NCBI GenBank assembly: GCA_011109175.1
Contig: RDEW01000060.1
Coordinates: 188,432 to 252,431, forward strand
Length of the DNA stretch: 64,000 bases
From: Dicyema japonicum
Taxonomy: Eukaryota > Animalia > Dicyemida
Direction of reading: 5' to 3'
The notes under the pieces were generated by a model, which had not been told where the DNA came from, ran no database searches, and saw only the letters and a program-made list of their open reading frames with translations. Shown piece after piece: positions 1-12,220 of this stretch. Made by a program: the position numbers and the translations under genes. Numbering within the stretch: the stretch's first letter is position 1; each line of letters opens with the position of its first letter.

Positions 1-19
1 TTTGTATTATTATTGATTA

Positions 20-260
20 AGACAATGGGACAAAATTTAGAGCCAGGAAAGCAGCAATTTTGTGAAGAATTTAATATTCGACAAATACATGGAAGACCAA
101 ATGATCCTCGTACACTAAAGATTATTTAACGTTTTAATCAAACAAAACACGAAAACTATCCGAAATGGTAGATAAGGATGAAAAAGTGGCTATTACGATT
201 ATAACATTTCTGTTTACTCATTTTCTATTCATAAACCTTTTGAAATATATCATAGAATAA
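20..260 (+). mobile_element. Degenerate DDE integrase (rve) core remnant
   Basis: Broken frames read DNG.NF...NIRQIHGRPNDPRT...RFNQT...KPFEIY, resembling the integrase DNG..F / GRP..P..QG.ER.N.T motifs; contains stops. Confidence 0.4.
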
Positions 261-499
261 TAGGAATAAATTTATTAATTTGCGGTCATAAATATTAAAT
301 TAGGTTCAGATAAATCAAGTAATGCTTTTATGACTCAGAGAAAATAGAAGAGTCAAAGAATTGTTCCAAATTAAGTATATAAATATTCCAAGCGGAAATA
401 TTGACTGTAGCATGACTTAAAATAGTTAATTTAATAAACAATGTTCTTTGAACTTGATAAATTAATTGTTAAATATATTAAATAAGGAAAGAAATGAGA

Positions 500-783
500 G
501 TAATCGGTTAAATAGCGGGTGCCTTGACTGTGTGGCTATTTCCTATCAGGATGGCGAGCCAGATTCGCCCAAATAACCAGCAGCGCTCACGAGGGTCTTC
601 TTTTCGTGCAGCAATCCGATTCCCAAGACGACTAAATAATTCCAGCGTCGCAGGCGCAAGGAATCCAGACGTCTCAACGGCGAGTGAAACAAACAAAAAA
701 TCTTTGAGTAGGACCACGTACTTTTCTCGTTTCATCTTCTCGGCCTTCTCAGAGGCAAAACAGGCTCCAGAGGGCACTCTAGA
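500..783 (-). mobile_element. CRE-like non-LTR retrotransposon 3' fragment (restriction-like endonuclease C-terminus)
   Basis: ORF 508-777: AEK.K..KY..L...FV.LAVETSG...LG.RIA...DPRE..WLF.RI.LAIL.GN; related copies at 15110, 47300, 53560. Confidence 0.75.
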
Positions 784-1789
784 GTAGGTTGAAAAAAATT
801 ATAGATTAAATTAGTAGACGATTCAAAGATAGGAAACCACAAACAATTTAACCAGTTTCCCATGCTTAGTGGTGGTCATGTGAGATAATACAAAGTATGA
901 AATTGTACTAATTTTATTCAGTCAATTTAAAAGAAGTATTAATGAACGATATTAAATCAAAAACGACATAAAATCAGAAAAGTCTTTAATCTGACTACAA
1001 TTGATATCGAGGAAATCCAATGTAACGTAGATCTTTTAGATGTTTTCACGTGCTTAATAAAAAGTGGTAAAAATACATTAACATCAAAACTATTCTACTG
1101 TTCAAATCAGACTAACCTTACCTCAATAAGCTCGGAAAAAATTTTTAAATTTTCTGCCAAAAATCCAAAATTCGACGATTTGCTTTATTTTACGTTTAAA
1201 TGTCAGTGCTTCCTTGAAAAATAAAATATCTTTGATTGTTTTCACTGTCGTTGAACGAAATAAAATGTTAGAATACCCCGTATTTAGAAGTTTGTATTCT
1301 GCACGGAATAATCAGAATGAAGATCGACTGCAAGCTTGTCTTGATCGTAAAATTTGCTGTTTTCTCTTATTTTTGATTATTGAATGTTATAGAAATTACG
1401 CACCTCAACCTAATCTGAGTTTAAAACTTATTTATGTGAAATAAGCAACCTAATCACGACTCTATGGAATCAAGATATAAAGTCTAAAAACCAAGTTGTT
1501 TAGTTTAACCAGTTTAGTCTTCCATGTAGAAAATATTCATTAAGTGAGTTGTCCCATCGGGTTTTTTTAATCCGTATTAACTATCACGCAATTTCTGTCA
1601 ATAGTGGAAATTCAATCATAACAAATTCAAATCATACTTTGCCTTATACATATTCTACTATAGTTTGGGTTACTAATCTTTTTCGTGTTCTTTGTCAAAA
1701 ATATATTTTCTTGTATGACAACGAAATAATAAATAATAACTCAGCCCTTCCGTCTAGGAGTAATAATGTTTCCATTTCTCATCTCATTT

Positions 1790-2010
1790 TCGTAGTTTAT
1801 TTAAGAGTAAAGAACAGTTATGGTACTTAATCCAAGACATCCAAAATGTTCTTAATTACTTGTTCTTTTCTTTATGCTTGCACGTGTGTCCCTGACATAT
1901 ACTAGTTACACAATGTATATCACTGATGACGATGTTACTCTCCAATCCCAGAACGAATCGTAGATGCGTGGAACTAATAGACAGCAGCGAGATTTGAGAT
2001 TTGCTTCAGC
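1790..2010 (-). mobile_element. Degraded copy of the tRNA-derived SINE (see 52960-53253)
   Basis: Shares tttatttaag..gtaaagaacagtta, cactgatgacg, atcgtagatgcgtggaac and acagcagcgagatt blocks in the same order. Confidence 0.6.
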
Positions 2011-2049
2011 ACCTACTACACGCGTAATTCGGCATGACAACAAACTCTA

Positions 2050-2900
2050 ATTACGGTTGGTATTCTATAAACTCAAGGGATTTTCAGACATCAAAAACTG
2101 TTGTTGGTAATCAACAAAAATTTGATGGTAATAATAGCATTTTTACTGGAGTAGTAATGTTTATACTAGTAAATTTCCATTAGGTAGTTTCTCCAAGGTT
2201 AGCAGCTTCTGGTAAATAGATAAACACTGAGAAATCTGCAAAATAGATCTTTAGCTTCGGTAGAAGAAATGGCTCTACAGGTTGGGCCTATATTACTCTA
2301 TTTCTGTTGGGATAGTTTGCTATTCCTTGATAGAGTGGTAAGACATTAAATAACTAAAGTAGAACTGACATTGAGAACTTGAATATGTAATAACAACGAA
2401 GCAGTGCAATAGCCTTGGCGGTTTAAACATTGTGATTTTTGTCTCGTAGACATTTGTGAATCCTCGTAGACATGTATTACTGATTCGGTGTCGCTACTGT
2501 TCTTTTAGCTGCGTGCTAGTCCCAGTAAACAATTTAGTTCAAGTCTAACCGGGGGATTTAAAATGTCTATCCAACTGGAAGCATGTGAAATATTTCTAAA
2601 GAACTTAATGCCTTTCCAAAGAATACACTGCCTTGCAACGTCACGACCTTTATGAGTTCCACCTAGATCACCCTCAATTAGAGAAGACATAGCCTATTAT
2701 GACATAATTAACAAGAGAAAATCAAAAGAGTAGGGGAACTTTAAAGATGTCTGAACAAGTGTCCAGTGGAAATATATGCAATCAATTGCAGAAGTCATAG
2801 CAAATGGCAAAGTAGACAAGTCAAACTATGGCGTTCTTAGGAGCAATAATTATAAGAGGTCTGGTTATAGTTTTTTTGTCGTCCACAATGACTTGAATAG
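2050..2900 (-). mobile_element. Ty3/gypsy-like integrase remnant
   Basis: THKGRDVARQCILWKGI (H.G...AR..W.G zinc-binding region) followed by QPVEPFLLP...D....PEAANL; heavily disrupted. Confidence 0.4.
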
Positions 2901-3269
2901 CACGAGAGTACCAATAAATTAAAAAATATAGAAAATTTAAATTATAAATTTTTAATATTTTAATTATTCATAAAGCATATAATAATTGTATAATTAATAT
3001 ATAAAGAATGCACAAAAAATACTAAATATAAGCGAAACATACTAAAATCTTTAAAAACATACTACTTGAAACATACTAAAGGTTTGACGTCGGCAGATGA
3101 TCTTGAGCGATTAACAAAAACGCATTCAGGAGAGAGGGTGGCACAAGCGAGATAATTTTACTAATGTTGGTTTTGCGGTGTGCTAATTAATAATAATAAT
3201 AAAATATTTTCTATCAAAATAAGACAATATCATAATTTAATAACGTATATTTGAAATACCATTGTGTAT

Positions 3270-4900
3270 TTATCAAAACTAATTCTACAAAAATACTCAA
3301 AAATTTCTATTAATGTTGGACTTGACGGATTTGCTATTTGAAACATTTATTTAATTTTTGATAACGAGTTATGTTGCTAAGTGATCTTCAAGTAACGTTT
3401 GAATTATATTCCGCGATATCATTTTCCGCATTTTTCCTTTTTAGTGTCCATGGATCCAGCGAGAATATCCGTTCCATACATTTTGTCACTACATACTGGT
3501 TACGTCATAATTGAAAGATTCATGTTATGAAAATAAACACCTTGTCAGCAACTTAGAATTCCACTTCTATATATACACGTGTCAGGTATGCATGTCTCCT
3601 TGATTTATCAACTGTATTTTATTTATGCTTTCTTCTCAACACCTCCCTTGTCAACAATGTAAAACGGCCTGATCGATTAAATATATTTTAAGTCTATAAA
3701 GCGGACATGCCTAATCGAATCCGTTTCTGTCATCATTATTAGTAATGATGACAATATCTCAATTTTAACTTCTTGATATGAAAATTATTTCATGAGTTTC
3801 GTAGAGAATGAGGCATTTTGGTCGATTTTTACTAACGCGAAGCTAGACGATGTAAAGGCAACATCCGGGTAGAAGAAAATAGTATTTCAGCTCATTTAAC
3901 ATACTTTTGTTCTGAATTGTAACCTCGACTTTTTCCATCGACTGCATGTTCAAATGTTCTCGACAATCCTTTAACTTGATCCTTAAGGTTAATAAACTTG
4001 TTCGACTGTTGGGATATTTTCCATAATTGGGTGCCCCAGTAGAAGGTGATTCTAAAATAGATTGAAATAAAGTTAAGAATATATTAAAGTCCGATACGCA
4101 TGAGTTCCAAAAACATCTAGTTCTTTACTATGTTTCAAATTTTTCTGGCTTAAAAATCTATCAGATTCTTTTATTTTTCCATATACGTAACCTTAGGTTA
4201 ACTACCAGATGAATTGAGAGATTCGGCTATTTGATCTCATTTCTTAGATCCAGCTACGATCTTCATCGAAATTAAAGTAATCATTTATCCACGTTTAAGC
4301 ATTGGAAAATAAAATTAAGATTATTTTATGCTAGAAATTCCAATTCTAAAATTAGAAAAGGCTGTTAAGTAATTGGTAAGACTAAAATATGAGTTCCTGA
4401 AGTATGCTAGCTTCTCAGTGATGTGACGTTTATAGAGCTCCAAGGTTTTCAGACTTTCTTTTAAAAACAAAAGACTTGGAAATCATATCTCAGCAAGATC
4501 AGGAACGACCATGTTCTTCAGAGTTTTCTTAATGGTTAACGATTGTATATATCGAATGCAACAGTGATTAGCTAAGTCGAGAAAATAGTCACTTTATCAG
4601 ACAATAGTTAGCAAATTTATTGCAACATTAATGAGAATCGGAAAAATAAATCATTCCAAGCTAAGGCAGCACTTCCAAAGTGATTGCAAACTGTACCAGG
4701 TAAATCTTTAAAAATTAGCATTTTATCAGGCGACACATATCAAATTGTTGCAACTATATCTAGAAATCATATAATTTTTGGGTTAATTTATCAACACAAT
4801 TGGATTTGTGATAAAACAGGTGTTGTTAACTTGTGGACAATTAATAAATTTTGCTACTTCTTTGGTTATTTTTATATTCAAATTTTTCATTAAGCAGTTT
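3270..4900 (-). mobile_element. Probable hAT-like transposase remnant
   Basis: Minus strand near 3480-3430 reads MERIFS....WT.K, resembling the hAT dimerisation motif; the rest is highly decayed. Confidence 0.3.
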
Positions 4901-5799
4901 TACATATTTCAATATATTAAATACGAATATCAACACTATCAAATTGTATTGGGAGACAGAGGCTATGACTATGATTCAGCCTTTATTCATCGGATAGTGA
5001 GTTAACTACGTCAATTCCTAAGAAATGTCACTATATTTTTACTAATCATTTAGTTACTAGAACTAATCCTCGGCAGTTTCCGCTATCTTGTTAAATAACT
5101 GATTATTTGTTAGAAACAAGAGAAAATTATATAGACGGGGAAAATCATGAAGTATTAAATTGATTTTATTTATTTTAGGAAAATCCAGTTTCGAGTTGTT
5201 ATGGAGCCGTTTATACTTTGCTTACGAGCGGCGTTTCCACTATGGACGCTATGGAGACCAACTTGATAAACCATTGTGTTTCACAGTCATCTTGGCTTAT
5301 GAGCGTAGCCATACGTCCCTGTTTATTGAGGAAGATTAGTGACTTGCTTATTGTTTCGGTTTCTTGAGAAAAGATTTAAAACAAGATGAACAATAAAGAC
5401 GTTTTATTTTACCTTTAAAATAACTTAGACTCGGAAATATTATCTCAGCCCGCTCAGGAGTGCAAAGTGAAGACTGTACAAGGAAGAGCATATTTACTTT
5501 GCAGGCCAGAATGAAGACGTAGCTGCAGTCTTTTTAACTTCATAATTTAATTAATAGCCACTAAGACAATTAATACTCACAAAAGTGATTGGTTTTGGTA
5601 TCACTGTCCAAAGACTTCCCCCTTTATTAAGTATTAGAAAATGAGTGAAAACAAAAAAATGGAGTTTTAAATAAAGGAATAACATTTCCTTTGGTCGGAT
5701 ATATTCCTCAGTCTTCTCAATAATTCTGAATGGATTTGTTTGTAATAGGTATTTCAATATTAGAATGTACAAAATTACAAATCGAATATTATTTCTCTG

Positions 5800-5965
5800 A
5801 GTTAAAGACAAACTAATCAATAAATAATTTCTAAATAATTAGGCAGTGAAAGAAATGAAGTTTTGAATAAACAATAGAAATTGTTCAAGTATTTTGAAAG
5901 AGTGTTGAAAAAAATAATGATTTCTGTATTTTATCCAACAATAGAGATTATGTGTTGAATAATTT
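5800..5965 (+). repeat. Diverged direct repeat, left copy (right copy 9355-9515)
   Basis: Collinear blocks tgaaa.aaatgaag, gaaattgtt, ttttgaaaga, aaaataatg and caata.agattatgtgtt.aataat in both copies. Confidence 0.6.
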
Positions 5966-6295
5966 CAAAAATAACAAATATAGGTATTTGAATGTTGAAA
6001 CGAATCCTCTGAAATTATTAATGTGAGAGTTATTATGAAGGGAATTATTTCCAATTTGTTTTTTTTTAAATCAAGTCATTAATCATTTTTTTTTTCTTCA
6101 AAAAAAGCGGGGACTACGGGGTCGAGAGAAACCTAGGATTTCTCGGATGTTGTCTGTCACTCAATGCCTCCATTATTATGCTAAAAGAAGTGAGTGGAAG
6201 CAAAAAATGAATTTAAAAAAACAAAAGATTTCCAAAATCTGACATAATAAACAGTTGCACCAATCAATAAATGGTTATAAACATTCTTCTGAATA

Positions 6296-9186
6296 TAACA
6301 GTATATGTTGGAAATTTACACAAATTTCGGAAAATAAGTTTCACGAATAATTCAGGTGGAATCTTCTAATCCGGGATCTGTGGTGATAGAACGGATATAT
6401 GTCAGATATTTACACAAATTTCGAAAAATAAGTTTCACGAATAATTCATGTGGAATCTTCTATCCGGGATCTGTGGTGATAGAACGGTATATGTAAGATA
6501 TTTACACAAATTTGAAATGAGTTCACGAATAATTCAGTGGAATCTTCTATCCGGGATCTGTGGTGAAGAACGGATATATGTCAGATATTTACACAAATTT
6601 TTGCAAAAATAAGTTTCACGAATAATTTCATGTGGAATCTTCTATCCGGGATCTGTGGTGATAGAACGGATATATGTCAGATATTTACACAAATTTCTAA
6701 AAATAAGTTTCACGAATAATTCAGGTGGAATCTTCTATCCGGGATCTGTGGTGATAGAACGGATATATGTCAGATATTTACACAAATTTCTAAAAATAAG
6801 TTTCACGAATAAATTCATGTGAATCTTCTATCCGGGATCTGTGGTGATAGAACGGATATATGTCAGATATTTACACAAATTTTTGCAAAAATAAGTTTCC
6901 ACGAATAATTCAGGTGGAATCTCTATCGGGATCTTGATAGATAACGGATATATGTCAGATATTTACACAAATTTTGCCAAAATAAGTTTCACGAATAATT
7001 CAGGTGGAATCTTCTATCCGGGATCTGTGTGATAGAACGGATATATGTCAGATATTTACCACAAATTTTGCAAAATAAGTTTCACGAATAATTCAGTGTG
7101 GAATCTCTATCCGGGATCTGTGGTGATAGTAGAACGGATATATGTCAGATATTTACACAAATTTTGCAAAATAAGTTTCACGAATAATTCAGGTGGAATC
7201 TTCTATCCGGGATCTGTGGTGATAGAACGGATATATGTCAGATATTTACACAAATTTTGCAAAATAAGTTTCACGAATAATTCAGGTGGAATCTTCTATC
7301 CGGGATCTGTGGTGATAGAACGGATATATGTCAGATATTTACACAAATTTTGCAAATAAGTTTCACGAATAATTCAGGTGGAATCTTCTATCCGGGATCT
7401 GTGGTGATAGAACGGATATATGTCAGATATTTACACAAATTTCTAAAAATAAGTTTCACGAATAATTCAGGTGGAATCTTCTATCCGGGATCTGTGGTGA
7501 TAGAACGGATATATGTCAGATATTTACACAAATTTTGCAAAATAAGTTTCACGAATAATTCAGGTGGAATCTTCTATCCGGGATCTGTGGTGATAGAACG
7601 GATATATGTCAGATATTTACACAAATTTTCAAAATAAGTTTCACGAATAATTCAGGTGGAATCTTCTATCCGGGATCTGTGGTGATAGAACGGATATATG
7701 TAAGATATTTACACAAATTTTGCAAAATGAGTTTCACGAATAATTCAGGTGGAATCTTCTATCCGGGATCTGTGGTGATAGAACGGATATATGTCAGATA
7801 TTTACACAAATTTCGAAAAATAAGTTTCACGAATAATTCAGGTGGAATCTTCTATCCGGGATCTGTGGTGATAGAACGGTATATGTAAGATATTTACACA
7901 AATTTTGCAAAATGAGTTTCACGAATAATTCAGGTGGAATCTTCTATCCGGGATCTGTGGTGATAGAACGGATATATGTCAGATATTTACACAAATTTTG
8001 CAAAATAAGTTTCACGAATAATTCAGTGGAATCTTCTATCCGGGATCTGTGGTGATAGAACGGATATATGTAGATATTTACACAAATTTTGCAAAATGAG
8101 TTTCACGAATAATTCAGGTGGAATCTTCTATCCGGGATCTGTGGTGATAGAACGGATATATGTCAGATATTTACACAAATTTCTGCAAATAAGTTTCACG
8201 AATAATTCATGTGGAATCTTCTATCCTGGATCTGTGGTGATAGAACGGTATATGTAAGATATTTACACAAATTTTGCAAAATGAGTTTCACGAATAATTC
8301 ATGTGGAATCTTCTATCCGGGATCTGTGGTGATAGAACGGATATATGTCAGATATTTACACAAATTTCTGAAAATAAGTTTCACGAATAATTCATGTGGA
8401 ATCTTCTATCCGGGATCTGTGGTGATAGAACGGATATATGTCAGATATTTACACAAATTTCGAAAAATAAGTTTCACGAATAATTCAGGTGGAATCTTCT
8501 ATCCGGGATCTTGTGGTGATAGAACGGATATATGTAAGATATTTACACAAATTTTGCAAAATGAGTTTCACGAATAATTCAGGTGGAATCTTCTATCCGG
8601 GATCTGTGGTGATAGAACGGATATATGTAAGATATTTACACAAATTTTGCAAAAATGAGTTTCACGAATAATTCAGGTGGAATCTTCTATCCGGGATCTG
8701 TGGTGATAGAACGGATATATGTAAGATATTTACACAAATTTTGCAAAAATGAGTTTCACGAATAATTCAGGTGGAATCTTCTATCCGGGATCTGTGGTGA
8801 TAGAACGGATATATGTCAGATATTTACACAAAATTTTAAAATATAAGTTTCACGAATAATTCAGGTGGAATCTTCTATCCGGATCTGTGGTGATAGAACG
8901 GATATATGTAGATATTTACACAAATTTGCAAAATAGTTTCACGAATAATTCAGGTGGAATCTTCTATCCGGGATCTGTGGTGATAGAACGGATATATGTC
9001 AGATATTTACACAAATTTTGCAAAATAAGTTTCACGAAATAATTCAGGTGGAATCTTCTATCCGGGATCTGTGGTGATAGAACGGATATATGTCAGATAT
9101 TTACACAAATTTCGAAAAATAAGTTTCACGAATAATTCATGTGGAATCTTCTATCCGGGATCTGTGGTGATAGAACGATATATGCA
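6296..9186. repeat. 93-bp tandem satellite, about 31 copies
   Basis: Unit tatgtcagatatttacacaaattttgcaaaataagtttcacgaataattcaggtggaatcttctatccgggatctgtggtgatagaacggata; many 1-nt indels. Confidence 0.97.
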
Positions 9187-9354
9187 GGAATTTACCATTA
9201 AATTTCTTAGAATAGGAGTTAAAATTTTCGCAAAATCAGGTTTTATATGCGAAATGAGGCTTTATTCCCTGGATGAACAATTGCTGTTGTTACAATAAGT
9301 TCACTTATTCTTAGTTATTTCCCCTCTGCAGTTTCGGATTTGTTCATCTTAAAT

Positions 9355-9515
9355 CCCAACTCATTCATAATTTATTCTAAAGAATTCTGTATTGAAAAAA
9401 ATGAAGATTTTTAATTTACAGTGGAAATTGTTATGTTTGTTTTTGAAAGACACCGGTAAAATAAAATAATGTTTTTGATATTTCATTAGACAATAAAGAT
9501 TATGTGTTTAATAAT
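9355..9515 (+). repeat. Diverged direct repeat, right copy (left copy 5800-5965)
   Basis: Same collinear blocks as the left copy. Confidence 0.6.
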
Positions 9516-10967
9516 CGTGAAATGAAATGATAATTCTATTTTTGTGTTATTTTTTGATGTTTTGTTTGTTTTGCTTTGAATTGAAGGGATTTGTATGCCA
9601 AATATTGTTTATATGTTTAATATGATGAGATTTCTATTTGTGGTTCTTATTTTCTGTACGTTATTTATATATTAATTATTACTAGAATATTACGTAGTTT
9701 ATTGCATAATTCATTTTCATAATAATACATACAATATTTTGGCCATGTGGTTAATTGTAGAAAATTATAACTGCTCATGAACATCCCCTCGATAAGGACA
9801 TCTAGCTATATTTTGGACTCTTGACGTTTTGAACAAAGAATGTGTCCTTGTTCAAATCTTTCTAGCTTATTGGAGAATTTTTTGCTGACTATCTAAAATT
9901 AGTCCTTTTTTAGTGGATGAGAAGTCAAATCTCTTCCTGAAATTTCCGAAAATTTTCTCGTTTATTTTCAGCAAATCTCACTCGCAATTAGAGAGGGAAT
10001 AATAATGAGATAACGGCTGTACTCTTATAACATATACAAGCTAATACAAAGAGTCAGTAGTACTCAATGCTTGGGTTCAACATAGTGGGATTCAGTAGTT
10101 TTTATTACTGCTTATATAAAGAAGGAAATAAGATTCATTGTTTATTCGAGTTTTGCATACATTTGTTATCGATGTCTTCAAATAATTTAAAGGAATAAAG
10201 AAATGTTAAATCTATGACATTTTCAGCACGTTGTTTTACGTGGGGCTGACGAATGACTCGAGCCCCCCTCAGTAGAGACCTCAGAGAATTCTATCTTTAT
10301 ATATATTATTAAAAGGTAGGACGGACCATTAATGCCGAAAGGCCAGCCAAAAAATAAGTTAAAGTCTTCCAGAATATAAATCCCGTGATATTGGAGTTAC
10401 TCATCTATTCTGTGTGTTCACCTCTAATTTTCCAATAAAAACCTAGCATTCATTTTAAATAAATTTATCTAGATTTTATAGAATGCCTCCGTTTGTGGCT
10501 AAGAGTCAAAGGTCAATCAGATTTGCAGTCACGTGTATATAAAAACTATAGCGATTTAAGTAGCATTTTGGAATTCTTGTGAGAGATTTGAATACAAACA
10601 ACTGAAGGTTCAAAGACATGTGTGGACTAGTTCATATCACTGAATGGCTTGAAAAGGAATGAATAGACAAATACACGTGAATTGTAATGAATAAACTTCA
10701 ATTTCAAGACGAGTGGAAAATTTCATGTCTTATACCACATAATACAACACGTGACCACTATCCATGATATGTGTCTTTCTCACACCTAAAGAAAACTAAC
10801 AACTCTATTTAACTGAAGGAAGTCCCAAAAAGTATCAGCTAGGCTGTGAAGTCAATACAGCTCCACATATCGAGTGATTGATATCTTTACGAAAAGACTC
10901 CTGTAAAGGAATGTCTAAAAGCAAGAAAAATTCCTTCAAGTTGGTCGTCTAACCATCAAGTATTTAC

Positions 10968-11140
10968 CAAAAATATATGGTTTATTGTCTGGGAATTACT
11001 AAATATCAAAAATATATGGTTTATTGTCTGGGAATTACTAAAATATCAAAAATATATGGTTTATTGTCTGGGAATTACTAAAATATCAAAAATATATGGT
11101 TTATTGTCTGGGAATTACTAAAATATCAAAAATATATGGT
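10968..11140. repeat. 40-bp minisatellite, about 4.3 copies
   Basis: caaaaatatatggtttattgtctgggaattactaaaatat repeated almost perfectly. Confidence 0.95.
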
Positions 11141-11369
11141 CCAATTGAGTTGGGATGTTTACGTTTTAAATATTTGATTAAGCGCGATGGATTCATTACC
11201 TCATTGGAAAATACTGTACCATATTGCAAACAAAGCAGTTTATGAAGATCCTAAGGATTTTAATAAATCCAAAAAATATATCCTCTTTATAGGTTCTAAC
11301 TTTGTTGATACAGACACATCACGCACGAAGTATTAGAAATCACGATAATAACTTTAAATAATTATTATT

Positions 11370-11700
11370 ATTGAACCAAGACTGGATGTCATATACAAAC
11401 AGTTCATCGAGTCTACAATAGGATACGCATGTAATGTCTGGGGATCTAACATTGCAACAACGAATTTGGACCAAAATCTGCAACATTCAAGTGAAAGCAG
11501 CATACCTACTAAGGAGATCTTTTTCGTGTGGAAATCCTGCTCAGAAACCTTGAAAATATGATAGAGGCGACTGGAACAGTGCCCCTGAGAAGGACTCGAG
11601 TATGCGGACCACGCCCATATCGGAATTGCGCAGGAGCGCAGTCGAACACTGAGAAAAAACTGCGAAAACTGTTGAGGGAGGCCGGGATCACCTGAATTTG
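11370..11700 (+). mobile_element. APE-type LINE 3' fragment (AGIT* family)
   Basis: YKQFIESTIGYACNVWG...CAGAQSNTEKKLRKLLREAGIT*. Confidence 0.7.
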
Positions 11701-11899
11701 TTTATTTTGGATATTATTTTATTTATTAACCCCGAAAAGAGAACACCGAGAAAGGAGTAAACCAACTAATTAAATGATCCCGGTACGCCTCAACAGGATC
11801 GAGAGGTTTGGATATGACGGTGGTTTTCTGGTTCAATAATAATAATAAATGAAATATAATATAAATGTTATATTATGTAACCAGCGACCAGTCTCGAAT

Positions 11900-12220
11900 G
11901 CGATCATCCATCTTTTCCAGTTTCAATGACAGGAGTCGTCTGAAATAGATACACGATTTTGTTTCTACAAGAAACATCCGAAGACTCGAATATCAAATTC
12001 TACATCGGCCGCCTCCTCATATATCCAATCAGAATCCTTTTTTGGCTTGTTTACGATGTGGGCACCACTCCTATCTACCGACATACGATATTCTCTGTCC
12101 CTTTTGCAACCTATACGTGTTAACAACAAATCATACATTAGAATGTCATGAATTAGCACAACGTTCGCCTACAATGCCAAGACTGACAGATTTATGGGAG
12201 CTAGAGCCAGTCCAAATTAG
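11900..12220 (+). mobile_element. LINE ORF2 C-terminal CCHC-knuckle fragment
   Basis: LACLRCGHH..L..Y...CPFC......TNH..EC......L.DLW..EP, a typical non-LTR C-terminal zinc knuckle. Confidence 0.65.

Noticed and set aside
6296-9186. CRISPR array
   Set aside because: The whole 93-bp unit repeats with no unique spacers, there are no cas genes and the context is eukaryotic
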